Shown: positions 17,927 through 26,566 of the stretch, piece after piece
Layout: each line of letters begins with the position of its first letter
Position numbering within the stretch: the first letter of the stretch is position 1
Assembly: GCF_001457595.1 (NCBI RefSeq)
Contig: NZ_LN831039.1
Coordinates: 2,730,001-2,762,000, forward strand
Direction: 5' to 3'
From: Mycolicibacterium smegmatis
GTDB taxonomy: Bacteria > Actinomycetota > Actinomycetes > Mycobacteriales > Mycobacteriaceae
Length of the DNA stretch: 32,000 nt
The notes under the pieces: model-generated
The model's database searches: none
Seen by the model: only the letters and a program-made list of their open reading frames with translations
What the model was told of the DNA's origin: nothing
Program-made: the position numbers and the translations under genes

Positions 17927-19278
17927 CAGCGTGCCAGGTGATCAACCCCGCGACCGAGCAGGTGCTGACCACCGTCGAACTGCTCGGCGAGGCGGCCGTC
18001 GACGACGCGGTGGCGCGTGCGACGGTCGCGCAACGCCGGTGGGCCGCGCTCGCACCTGCCGAGCGGGCCGCGGCGCTGCGCGCCTTCGCCGCCGCCGTCG
18101 ACGCCCACATCGACGAACTCGCAGCGCTGGAGGTGTCCAATTCGGGACATCCCATCGGGCAGGCCGAGTGGGAGGCCGGCCACGTCCGAGACGTGCTGAA
18201 CTTCTACGCGGCGACCCCGGAACGCCTGTCCGGCAAGCAGATCCCGGTCGCCGGTGGTCTGGATGTGACGTTCAACGAACCGCTGGGTGTCGTCGGGGTG
18301 ATCACACCCTGGAACTTCCCGATGACGATCGCGGCGTGGGGGTTCGCGCCCGCGCTCGCGGCCGGCTGCGCCGTGCTGCTCAAACCGGCCGAGTGGACAC
18401 CGCTGACCACGATCCGGATCGGCGAGATCGCCCGCGAGTCGGGATTGCCCGAGGGCCTGTTCCAGGTGCTGCCGGGTAAGGGTTCGGTGGTGGGGGAGCG
18501 CTTCGTCTCCCACCCCGGCATCCGCAAGGTGGTGTTCACCGGTTCCACCGAGGTCGGCCGGCGCGTGATGGCCGGGGCCGCGGCGCAGATCAAGCGGGTC
18601 ACCCTCGAACTCGGCGGCAAGAGCGCCAACATCGTGTTCGAGGACTGCGATCTGGAGAAGGCCGCGGCGACCGCGCCGTACGGCGTGTTCGACAACGCCG
18701 GGCAGGACTGCTGCGCACGCAGCCGGATCCTCGTGCAGCGCAGCGTCTACGACCGGTTCATGGAGATGCTGGAGCCCGCCGTCAAAGGCGTGGTGGTGGG
18801 TGACCCGTCGGTGCGTGACACCGAGATGGGGCCGCTGGTGTCACGTCCGCACTGGGAGTCGGTGCATTCCTACGTGCCCGACGACGCACCGGTCGCGTTC
18901 CGCGGGTCGGCTCCCGACGGGCCCGGATTCTGGTTCCCGCCAACGGTCCTGACCCCGTCACGCGATGACCGCACGGTCTCCGAGGAGATCTTCGGCCCCG
19001 TGGTGACGGTGCTCCCGTTCGACGACGAGGCCGACGCGATCGCGGTGGCCAACGACACCGCCTACGGGCTCTCCGGCTCGATCTGGACCGACAACGTGTC
19101 GCGGGCGATCCGCGTCTCGCGTGCCATCGAGGCCGGCAACCTCAGCGTCAACTCGCATTCCTCGGTGCGCTACAACACCCCGTTCGGCGGCTTCAAGCAG
19201 TCGGGCCTGGGTCGCGAACTCGGCCCGGATGCGCCACTGTCGTTCACCGAGACCAAGAACGTCTTCATAGCCGTCTGA
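17923..19278 (+). CDS. aldC: NAD(P)-dependent aldehyde dehydrogenase (AldC-like)
   Basis: 451 aa with ELGGKS and GQDCCARSR catalytic motifs. ATGA overlap with the upstream gene. Confidence 0.88.
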   Translation: MTACQVINPATEQVLTTVELLGEAAVDDAVARATVAQRRWAALAPAERAAALRAFAAAVDAHIDELAALEVSNSGHPIGQAEWEAGHVRDVLNFYAATPERLSGKQIPVAGGLDVTFNEPLGVVGVITPWNFPMTIAAWGFAPALAAGCAVLLKPAEWTPLTTIRIGEIARESGLPEGLFQVLPGKGSVVGERFVSHPGIRKVVFTGSTEVGRRVMAGAAAQIKRVTLELGGKSANIVFEDCDLEKAAATAPYGVFDNAGQDCCARSRILVQRSVYDRFMEMLEPAVKGVVVGDPSVRDTEMGPLVSRPHWESVHSYVPDDAPVAFRGSAPDGPGFWFPPTVLTPSRDDRTVSEEIFGPVVTVLPFDDEADAIAVANDTAYGLSGSIWTDNVSRAIRVSRAIEAGNLSVNSHSSVRYNTPFGGFKQSGLGRELGPDAPLSFTETKNVFIAV

Positions 19279-19316
19279 CAACTCGTCCGAAAACTCGCAG
19301 CAGAGGAGATCTCCCG

Positions 19317-20090
19317 ATGGACCTGACCCAACGCCTCGCCGGCAAGGTCGCCGTGATCACCGGCGGCGCAAGCGGTATCGGCCTGGCCACCGGCCGGCGG
19401 CTGCGCGCCGAGGGCGCCACCGTCGTGGTGGGTGACATCGACCCCACGACCGGCAAGGCCGCCGCCGACGAACTCGAAGGCCTGTTCGTGCCCGTGGACG
19501 TCTCCGAGCAGGAGGCCGTCGACAACCTGTTCGACACCGCCGCTTCGACTTTCGGGCGGGTCGACATCGCGTTCAACAACGCGGGCATCTCGCCACCCGA
19601 GGACGACCTGATCGAGAACACCGACCTGCCCGCCTGGCAGCGGGTCCAGGACATCAACCTCAAGTCGGTGTACCTGTCGTGTCGCGCCGCCCTGCGGCAC
19701 ATGGTGCCCGCGGGCAAGGGGTCGATCATCAACACCGCGTCGTTCGTGGCCGTGATGGGTTCGGCGACATCGCAGATCTCCTACACCGCATCCAAGGGCG
19801 GTGTGCTCGCGATGTCGCGTGAGCTCGGCGTGCAGTACGCGCGCCAGGGCATCCGGGTCAACGCGTTGTGCCCGGGACCGGTCAACACCCCACTGCTGCA
19901 GGAGTTGTTCGCCAAGGATCCCGAGCGCGCCGCGCGCAGGCTCGTGCACATCCCGCTGGGCCGGTTCGCCGAACCCGAGGAACTCGCCGCCGCGGTCGCG
20001 TTCCTGGCCAGTGACGACGCGTCGTTCATCACCGGGTCGACGTTCCTGGTCGACGGCGGGATCAGCTCCGCGTACGTCACGCCGCTGTAG
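19317..20090 (+). CDS. Short-chain dehydrogenase/reductase (Rv2857c-like)
   Basis: TGGASGIG cofactor motif, NNAG and YTASK catalytic motif. GAGGAG Shine-Dalgarno. Confidence 0.9.
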   Translation: MDLTQRLAGKVAVITGGASGIGLATGRRLRAEGATVVVGDIDPTTGKAAADELEGLFVPVDVSEQEAVDNLFDTAASTFGRVDIAFNNAGISPPEDDLIENTDLPAWQRVQDINLKSVYLSCRAALRHMVPAGKGSIINTASFVAVMGSATSQISYTASKGGVLAMSRELGVQYARQGIRVNALCPGPVNTPLLQELFAKDPERAARRLVHIPLGRFAEPEELAAAVAFLASDDASFITGSTFLVDGGISSAYVTPL

Positions 20091-20115
20091 TGGTTGTGGT
20101 ACGCCGTAGGTCACC

Positions 20116-20850
20116 ATGAGCGCCGAACCGGATCCCCAGCCCACCGCCGAGGCGGCCGACGCGCTGCTGCGGCCGGTGCGGTTGGGGAACGCGTTCGAGG
20201 ACACCGTGGGACGGTTGTTGGAGACCATCAGGCTGGGTGTGCTGGGTCCCGGCGAATCCCTGCCGCCCGAGCGGGAACTCGCCACGCGCCTCGGGGTCAG
20301 CCGTGACACCGTGCGTGAGGCGATCAAGTCGCTGGCCGACGCCGGCTACCTGGTGTCGCGGCGCGGGCGCTACGGCGGCACATTCCTGGCCGACGAGCTT
20401 CCCAGTCACACCGCGGACACCCCACGACCCTCCCACGAGGAGATCGACGATGCGCTGCGGTTGCGCGAGATCCTCGAGGTCGGGGCCGCGCGCATGGCCG
20501 CGGGCCGCACGCTCAGCGCGGCCGAACGCGACGGCCTGTGGTCGCGGCTGGCAGACGTGCGTGCCGCCGAGGGGACCGACGACTACCGTCGGCTGGACTC
20601 CCGGCTGCACCTGGCGATCGCGGAGGCGGCCGGATCGCCGTCACTGGTGCCGTTGATCGCCGAGAACCGTATGCGGATCAACGGACTGCTCGACCGGATC
20701 CCGTTGCTGCCGCGCAACATTGCGCACTCCGACGATCAGCACGAGGCCATCGTGATGGCGATCCTGGCCGGCGACGCAGACCGCGCGGCCACGGCGATGC
20801 TCGACCACGTGTCGGGTTCGGCGGCACTGTTGCACGGCTTCTTGGACTGA
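20116..20850 (+). CDS. GntR family regulator, FadR/FCD subfamily; last gene of the glnA4 operon
   Basis: Winged HTH LPPERELATRLGVSRDTVREAIKSLADAGYLVSRRGRYGGTF, followed by a helical FCD-type C-domain. Confidence 0.85.
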   Translation: MSAEPDPQPTAEAADALLRPVRLGNAFEDTVGRLLETIRLGVLGPGESLPPERELATRLGVSRDTVREAIKSLADAGYLVSRRGRYGGTFLADELPSHTADTPRPSHEEIDDALRLREILEVGAARMAAGRTLSAAERDGLWSRLADVRAAEGTDDYRRLDSRLHLAIAEAAGSPSLVPLIAENRMRINGLLDRIPLLPRNIAHSDDQHEAIVMAILAGDADRAATAMLDHVSGSAALLHGFLD

Positions 20851-20855
20851 GCGGT

Positions 20856-21596
20856 TCACAGCACCCGTCCGATACCTCGCGCGGCACCCTGCAGTGCCTG
20901 GATGAGGCGCTGTCGGTCGCGTTTGAGCGATGGCACGACAACGCCGATCGCGGCGACCACCGTGTCGTCGGAGGCGCGTGTCACCGGCACCGCCAGTGAG
21001 CATGCGCCGAGCGACATCTCCTCACTCGTCGTCGCGATGCCGTCGTCGCGGACGCGGCGCAACTGCTGGCGCAACATCGCGGGCTGCGTGATGGTCTTCG
21101 GGGTGACGGGCCGCAGTCCCGACAGCACCCGCTCGGCGACGTCCTCGGGTGCGTGCGCCAGCAGGACCTTGCCGACGCCGGTGCAGTACAGCGGAAGTCG
21201 GCTGCCGACGGTGCTGACGATCGGCACGGATGCGCGCCCGCGGATACGCAGCAGGTAGAGCACCTCGTCGCCGTCACGGACACCGAGGTGGACCGTGGCC
21301 ATCGTCGCCGCGTACACGTCGTGCAGGTACGGCTCGGCGACATGCCGCAGCGGACCCTCGACGGGTGCGAGCAGGCAGGCCTGCCAGATGAGGCGGCCGA
21401 TCACGTACCTGCCGTCGTCGCGGCGCTGCAACGCGCCGCCCTCGACGAGGGTGCCCGTCAACCGGTGTGCCGTGGAAAGGGGAATCCCGGCGCGGCGGGC
21501 GATCTCGGTCAGCGACAGGCTGCGGTGGCGCTCGTCGAACGCGCCCACCACTGCCAGCAGTCGTGACGCGACCGTCGGCGACGAATCATCGGCCAT
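20856..21596 (-). CDS. IclR family regulator (PcaR/PcaU-like), divergent from pcaH
   Basis: HTH LSLTEIARRAGIPLSTAHRLTGTLVEGG plus an IclR effector domain. I chose the ATG at 21596 because GGAAGGA lies 8 nt upstream. Confidence 0.85.
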   Translation of the reverse strand: MADDSSPTVASRLLAVVGAFDERHRSLSLTEIARRAGIPLSTAHRLTGTLVEGGALQRRDDGRYVIGRLIWQACLLAPVEGPLRHVAEPYLHDVYAATMATVHLGVRDGDEVLYLLRIRGRASVPIVSTVGSRLPLYCTGVGKVLLAHAPEDVAERVLSGLRPVTPKTITQPAMLRQQLRRVRDDGIATTSEEMSLGACSLAVPVTRASDDTVVAAIGVVVPSLKRDRQRLIQALQGAARGIGRVL

Positions 21597-21667
21597 TCGC
21601 AGGGTCCTTCCGCCCAGTGGAAGTCTAACGTTCAGTCCCATTCGATTCGTCAGTAGCTTGCTCGAGC

Positions 21668-22414
21668 ATGGCCCTTGTGAGTCAATCCGACATCAGCGCG
21701 GAGATCAACGAGATCACCGAGTCCTACCACCGCGGCGGCCTCGACGAGGCACAGCCCCGCCTGGACTATCCGCCGTACCGGAGCAGTGTGCTGCGGCATC
21801 CGAAAGTACAACTGCACCAAACGGATCCGGAATCCATCGAATTGTGGGCACCGTGCTTCGGCGAGCGTGACGTCGCCGAACACGAATCCGATCTGACCAT
21901 CCAGCACACCGCGGAACCCATCGGCGAACGGATCGTGGTGACCGGCCGCGTCGTGGACGGGGACGGCAGGCCCGTGCGACACCAGTTGGTCGAGATCTGG
22001 CAGGCGAATGCCGCGGGCCGCTACCGTCACCTGCGCGATCAGCATCCGGCGCCGCTGGACCCCAACTTCACCGGGGTGGGCCGCTGCCTCACCGACGCCG
22101 ACGGCACCTACCGGTTCACCACCATCAAGCCCGGGCCGTACCCGTGGCGCAACCACCACAACGCGTGGCGGCCCGCGCACATCCATTTCTCGTTGTTCGG
22201 AACCGAGTTCACGCAGCGCATGATCACCCAGATGTACTTCCCCGGTGACCCCCTGTTCGCGTTCGACCCGATCTACCAGTCGATCACCGACGCCAAGGCC
22301 CGCGAACGCCTGGTGGCCACCTACGACCACGACGTGACCACCCATGAATGGGCCACCGGTTACCGCTGGGACATCGTGCTGACCGGATCCCTGCGCACCC
22401 CGACGGAGGCCTGA
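21668..22414 (+). CDS. pcaH: Protocatechuate 3,4-dioxygenase beta subunit
   Basis: 248 aa with the typical sequence LVEIWQANAAGRYRH...PAHIHFS. Confidence 0.92.
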   Translation: MALVSQSDISAEINEITESYHRGGLDEAQPRLDYPPYRSSVLRHPKVQLHQTDPESIELWAPCFGERDVAEHESDLTIQHTAEPIGERIVVTGRVVDGDGRPVRHQLVEIWQANAAGRYRHLRDQHPAPLDPNFTGVGRCLTDADGTYRFTTIKPGPYPWRNHHNAWRPAHIHFSLFGTEFTQRMITQMYFPGDPLFAFDPIYQSITDAKARERLVATYDHDVTTHEWATGYRWDIVLTGSLRTPTEA

Positions 22415-22971
22415 TGAGCACCCTTTTCGCGACACCCGGCCAGACGGTCGGTCCCTTCTACGGGTACGCCCTGCCCATACCCGGCGGCAACGAACTGGTC
22501 CCGCCGGGTTCGCCCGGAGCCATCCGGTTGCACGGCCTGGTCACCGACGGGGCGGGTGCGCCCGTGCCGGACGCCCTGCTGGAGATCTGGCAGGCCGACG
22601 CCGACGGTCGGGTGCCCACGAAGACCGGATCGCTGCGACGGGACGGCTGGACGTTCACCGGATGGGGCCGCGCGGCCACCGACGGCGCAGGCCGCTACAG
22701 TTTCACGACCGTCGAACCCGGTGTCTCGCAACCCGGTTCGGCAGCGTTCATCGCGATGACCGTGTTCGCCCGCGGTCTGCTCAACCGGCTGTTCACGCGC
22801 GTCTATCTGCCCGGCGAGCATCTGGCGACCGACCCGCTGCTGTCATCGCTGCCGAGCGAGCGGCGCGAGACGTTGATCGCCGTGCCCGACGAGCACGGAC
22901 TGACCTTCGACATCCGGTTGCAGGGCGACCATGAAACCGTCTTCCTGCGCTTTCCCGGGCACACGCCGTGA
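22414..22971 (+). CDS. pcaG: Protocatechuate 3,4-dioxygenase alpha subunit
   Basis: 185 aa with TPGQTVGPFY and LLEIWQADADGR. The ATG overlaps the pcaH stop (TGATG). Confidence 0.9.
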   Translation: MSTLFATPGQTVGPFYGYALPIPGGNELVPPGSPGAIRLHGLVTDGAGAPVPDALLEIWQADADGRVPTKTGSLRRDGWTFTGWGRAATDGAGRYSFTTVEPGVSQPGSAAFIAMTVFARGLLNRLFTRVYLPGEHLATDPLLSSLPSERRETLIAVPDEHGLTFDIRLQGDHETVFLRFPGHTP

Positions 22972-24170
22972 CAGATCTGCTGTGGCCGGGGGACCACCGC
23001 GCCGGTGACCTCATGAGCGACCGGGCGTTCTTCGACGCCATGGTCGCCGTCGAGAACGCCTGGCTGAACCTGCTGGTCGACATCGGCCCGGCGCCGCAGA
23101 AGGCACGTGTCGATCTTTGCGCACTGACCTCGGCGGGAGACGTGGAGACGGTCGCGGCGGGAGCCGAGAGCGACGGCAACCCCGTCGTCGGGCTGGTCGC
23201 ACTGCTGCGTGAGCGCGCGGGCGGCGAGGCGGCCCGGTGGCTGCACCGCGGGCTGACAAGCCAGGATGTCGTCGACACCGCTCTCATGATGTGCCTGCGT
23301 GACGCACTGAGCGCGGTGCACGACGAGATGGCCACGCACGTACGCATCCTCCTGGGCCTCGTGGAATCCCACCGCAGCAGCCCCATGACGGCCCGCACCC
23401 TGACACAACCCGCGCTGCCGAGTACCGCAGCAGCGAAGTTCGCCAATTGGCTGTCCGGGGTGCTCGACGCCGCCGATGCGCTGGCGGCCGTTCCCTGGCT
23501 GCCCGTACAGCTCGGCGGTGCAGTCGGAACACACGCGGCCACAACCGAACTCGTCGGATCACCCGATGAGACGCTCACGCTCGCCGACGCCCTGGCCGGC
23601 GCGGTGGGCCTGACGCCCGCAGCGCCGTGGCACACCACCAGGGCCGTGGTGACACGCGCCGGTGACGCACTGGTGGGATGTTGCGACGCGTGCGGTCACA
23701 TCGCGGCCGATGTCGCGGTGGGCAGCAGGGCCGAGATCGGTGAGCTGGTGGAGGGCAGTGGCGGCGCTTCGTCGACCATGCCGCACAAACGGAATCCGGT
23801 ACTGTCGGTGCTCATCCGCCGTGCCGCGCTGGCCGCCCCCGCGCTCGGAGCGACCCTGCACGCCGCATCGGCGGCGAGTGTGGACGAACGATCCGACGGC
23901 GGCTGGCACGCGGAATGGGCGGCGCTGCGCACGCTGACCCGGCGCACCGTCGTCGCGATGCGTCAGACGAGTGACCTGTTGACCGGTCTGCACGTCGACG
24001 TCCAGCGGGCACGCGACAACCTGGGCGCCGCAGGTGATCTGCTCGCAGAACAACGCGTGATGAGCGAACTCGTCGGGCGCACGACGCGCGCCGACTATCT
24101 GGGCGCGTCCGGTCATCTCATCGACGCCGTCGCGCACCGGGCCCGCCGACACCTCAAGGAGACGATGTGA
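22968..24170 (+). CDS. pcaB: 3-carboxy-cis,cis-muconate cycloisomerase
   Basis: 400 aa with the fumarate-lyase superfamily signature SSTMPHKRNP. GTGA overlap with pcaG. Confidence 0.88.
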   Translation: MTDLLWPGDHRAGDLMSDRAFFDAMVAVENAWLNLLVDIGPAPQKARVDLCALTSAGDVETVAAGAESDGNPVVGLVALLRERAGGEAARWLHRGLTSQDVVDTALMMCLRDALSAVHDEMATHVRILLGLVESHRSSPMTARTLTQPALPSTAAAKFANWLSGVLDAADALAAVPWLPVQLGGAVGTHAATTELVGSPDETLTLADALAGAVGLTPAAPWHTTRAVVTRAGDALVGCCDACGHIAADVAVGSRAEIGELVEGSGGASSTMPHKRNPVLSVLIRRAALAAPALGATLHAASAASVDERSDGGWHAEWAALRTLTRRTVVAMRQTSDLLTGLHVDVQRARDNLGAAGDLLAEQRVMSELVGRTTRADYLGASGHLIDAVAHRARRHLKETM

Positions 24171-24571
24171 CCACCATGCGAGACGAGACACACGCGGCGG
24201 GGAGTCAGGTGCGCCGCGCGGTGCTCGGCGACGACCACGTCGACCGTGCAGTCGCGGCAACCACCGGATTCACCGCGGATTTCCAGGATCTCATCACCCG
24301 ATACGCCTGGGGCGAGATCTGGACCCGGCCGGGACTGGACCGACGCAGCCGCTCCATGATCACGCTGACGGCCATGATCGCCCGCGGCCACCACGACGAA
24401 CTGGCGATGCATGTGCGGGCGGCGCGCCGAAACGGCCTGAGCGTCGACGAGATCAAAGAGGTGCTGCTGCAGTCCGCGATCTATTGCGGTGTGCCCGAAG
24501 CCAACACCGCGTTCCGTATCGCAGGTGCGGTTCTGGCCGAGGAGGCGCAGGAGCCGGGAGACGAGCGCTGA
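24167..24571 (+). CDS. pcaC: 4-carboxymuconolactone decarboxylase (stand-alone CMD domain)
   Basis: 134 aa CMD family protein (YAWGEIWTRPGLDRRSRSMITL). GTGA overlap with pcaB. Confidence 0.85.
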   Translation: MTTMRDETHAAGSQVRRAVLGDDHVDRAVAATTGFTADFQDLITRYAWGEIWTRPGLDRRSRSMITLTAMIARGHHDELAMHVRAARRNGLSVDEIKEVLLQSAIYCGVPEANTAFRIAGAVLAEEAQEPGDER

Positions 24572-24616
24572 TTCACCCGGCGAGCGCGGTGATCTCGGAG
24601 TTCACATGCGCCGTCG

Positions 24617-24648
24617 CCAGGCGCCGATCAACCAGGCGCCGATCAACC
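24617..24648. repeat. 15-bp perfect tandem duplication, CCAGGCGCCGATCAA x2 plus CC
   Basis: Read directly: 24617-24631 is identical to 24632-24646. The second copy contains the stop codon of the minus-strand GntR gene. Each unit contains the palindrome GGCGCC. Confidence 0.9.
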
Positions 24649-25383
24649 TTTGACGTGACGCGCGGTGCGGCCCAGGTGGGTACGCATGACCGCGGTGGCC
24701 TTCTCGACATCGCCCTTCTTGACCGCCATGACGAACTGGCGGTGTTCGCGGCTGCTGCGGACACCTATCTCGGGATGGCCCTCCTGAACGTGGCGCAGCG
24801 ACACCAGCGTCGGACCGTAGAAGGCCTCTGCCAGCATCGCGAGCGCGGCGTTGTGGCTCGCCTCGGCCACCCGTGTGTGGAACTGCGCCGACAGTTCCAT
24901 CGAAGAGGAGCCCTGTCCTGCGGCCGCGTCGCCGCGGTCGCAGATCTGCAGCAGTTCTTCGATGTCCGCCTCGGTGGCGCGCTCGCACACCAGCGGGATG
25001 ATGCCGAGTTCGAACACCTGCCGGGCCTCGGTGATCTCGATGTCGGTCAGGCCCGACATGCTGAGCAGATCGACGATGCCCTCGCTGACACGTGAGCTGG
25101 TGGGCGCGGTGACGAAGGCTCCGCCGTGGGCGCCGACCTTGATGGTCACCATGGCGTTGGCCTCGAGGCCGCGCAGCGCTTCGCGGACGGTGACTCGGCT
25201 GACGCCGAACCGGTCGCCGAGTTCACGTTCGGAGGGAAGGCGGTCACCGGGCTTCAGGTGGCCATCTCGGATCAACGACCGGATCTGGTCGAGAATCATT
25301 TCCGAGGCCCGGCCCGGGGTGACCTTGGTGAAGATGTCGTCGGTAGCTCGGCGGTTCGACGTCGTGGAACCGTCAGTGGACAT
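24643..25383 (-). CDS. GntR family regulator, FadR/FCD subfamily
   Basis: HTH LPSERELGDRFGVSRVTVREALRGLEANAMV plus an FCD domain. The ATG at 25383 is preceded on the minus strand by TACGAT (25390-25395) at 6 nt, which is leaderless geometry. Confidence 0.85.
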   Translation of the reverse strand: MSTDGSTTSNRRATDDIFTKVTPGRASEMILDQIRSLIRDGHLKPGDRLPSERELGDRFGVSRVTVREALRGLEANAMVTIKVGAHGGAFVTAPTSSRVSEGIVDLLSMSGLTDIEITEARQVFELGIIPLVCERATEADIEELLQICDRGDAAAGQGSSSMELSAQFHTRVAEASHNAALAMLAEAFYGPTLVSLRHVQEGHPEIGVRSSREHRQFVMAVKKGDVEKATAVMRTHLGRTARHVKG

Positions 25384-25469
25384 GGACCAATCGTAAAGCC
25401 ACCAGACCAAAGCGTGGACGCGCCGCCGGCGAGTACCCGTTACGGGCGGTTTGGTTTACATTTCCAGAT

Positions 25470-25799
25470 GTGGACGCCGTCGAAGGGCACGTACAGGTGG
25501 AGCGGGCGACCTCGGCACTCGTCGATGTCGACTCCGCCACGTGGGCGCGGCGCTTCGACCTGCTCTCCGACCCGAACCGCCTCGAGATCCTGCTTGTGCT
25601 GCACCGGGCTCCGGGCATCTTCGTGGGCGATTTGGCCGAGGTCTTGGGCCGGTCGGAAAATGCGGTGTCGCAAGCACTTCGGGTGCTCCGGCAGCAGGGG
25701 TGGGTCAGTTCCACCCGGGTGGGACGCGCCGTGAGCTACCGCCTCGAGGACGACGTCGTGCACGAACTGCTGCACTGGATCGGCGCGCGGCACGGCTGA
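25470..25799 (+). CDS. ArsR/SmtB family metalloregulator-type repressor
   Basis: 109 aa. LSDPNRLEILLVLHRAPGIFVGDLAEVLGRSENAVSQALRVLRQQGWV is the ArsR winged HTH. There is no alpha3 CxC motif, and the C-terminus is His-rich (HELLHWIGARHG). GTG at 25470 is preceded by TACATT (25457-25462) at 7 nt. Confidence 0.85.
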   Translation: MDAVEGHVQVERATSALVDVDSATWARRFDLLSDPNRLEILLVLHRAPGIFVGDLAEVLGRSENAVSQALRVLRQQGWVSSTRVGRAVSYRLEDDVVHELLHWIGARHG

Positions 25800-25800
25800 T

Positions 25801-25833
25801 TTCATCTGAATATCTGTTCATCTGGACAGATGA
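25801..25833. promoter_or_regulatory. ArsR/SmtB-type operator
   Basis: Perfect 7-2-7 dyad TCATCTG-GA-CAGATGA (25818-25833). TTCATCTG is also present at 25801-25808. An imperfect dyad TGAATA-TC-TGTTCA lies at 25807-25820. ATCTG recurs three times with an 8-bp period. Confidence 0.6.
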
Positions 25834-25851
25834 CCGTGGCGGCCTTAATCT
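25823..25851 (+). promoter_or_regulatory. SigA-type promoter of the cbiM operon
   Basis: -35 TGGACA (25823-25828), a 17-nt spacer, then -10 TAATCT (25846-25851). The -35 lies inside the dyad operator. Confidence 0.5.
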
Positions 25852-25879
25852 CATTGGTATGGCCATTGAGATCGTCGCC

Positions 25880-26566
25880 ATGCACATGAGCGATGGCATC
25901 GTGAACGTCCAGACGTCGTTGGTGTTCGGTGCCCTGGCGGTCGCCGCGCTCGGTGTGTGCGCCCTGCGCGCCCGAGACGAACTCGACGAGCGGACGGTGC
26001 CGCTGGCCGGTCTCGTGGCGGCGTTCATCTTCGCCGTGCAGATGGTGAACTTCCCGATCCTGCCCGGGGTCAGCGGTCACCTGCTCGGCGGTGCGCTCGC
26101 GGCGATCCTCGTCGGGCCGTACACCGGGGCGCTGTGCATCGCGATCGTGCTGGTGGTGCAGTCGCTGCTGTTCGCCGACGGCGGCGTGAGCGCGCTGGGG
26201 ACGAACATCACCAACATGGCGCTGATCGGCGTCGCGGTCGGCTACGCGACCGCGGTGGTGCTGTCCACCGTGCTCCGCGGACGGGGCGCGGCGGGATCTC
26301 CGCCGGACCGCCACATCGGTGTGGTGGCCTTCGTGGCGGCCCTCGTGGGAACCGTGTGCGCGGCCATGGGTTTCGTCGTCGAATACGTCATCGGGGGCGT
26401 CGCGACGACGTCGATACAAGCGGTGGCGGGCTACATGTTCGGCACGCACGTGCTGATCGGGATCGGTGAAGGCATCATCACGGCACTCACGGTCACCGCG
26501 GTCGCGCGGGTGCGGCCGGATCTCGTGTACCTGCTACGGCGTCAGCGTCAGGAGGTCGCCGCGTGA
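25880..26566 (+). CDS. cbiM: ECF transporter substrate-capture component CbiM/NikM (cobalt/nickel)
   Basis: 228 aa starting MHMSDG. The conserved Met-His N-terminus is required for metal binding in CbiM/NikM. Multiple transmembrane helices and the GVSGHLLGGALAAILVGP block are present. An alternative start is the ATG at 25859, 7 codons upstream. The track start at 25451 overlaps arsR and is rejected. Confidence 0.85.
   Translation: MHMSDGIVNVQTSLVFGALAVAALGVCALRARDELDERTVPLAGLVAAFIFAVQMVNFPILPGVSGHLLGGALAAILVGPYTGALCIAIVLVVQSLLFADGGVSALGTNITNMALIGVAVGYATAVVLSTVLRGRGAAGSPPDRHIGVVAFVAALVGTVCAAMGFVVEYVIGGVATTSIQAVAGYMFGTHVLIGIGEGIITALTVTAVARVRPDLVYLLRRQRQEVAA

Noticed and set aside
25451-25879. 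Upstream extension of the cbiM ORF overlapping arsR
   Set aside because: It reads through the arsR gene in a different frame and through the promoter/operator spacer. CbiM function requires an N-terminal Met-His, which is found at 25880.
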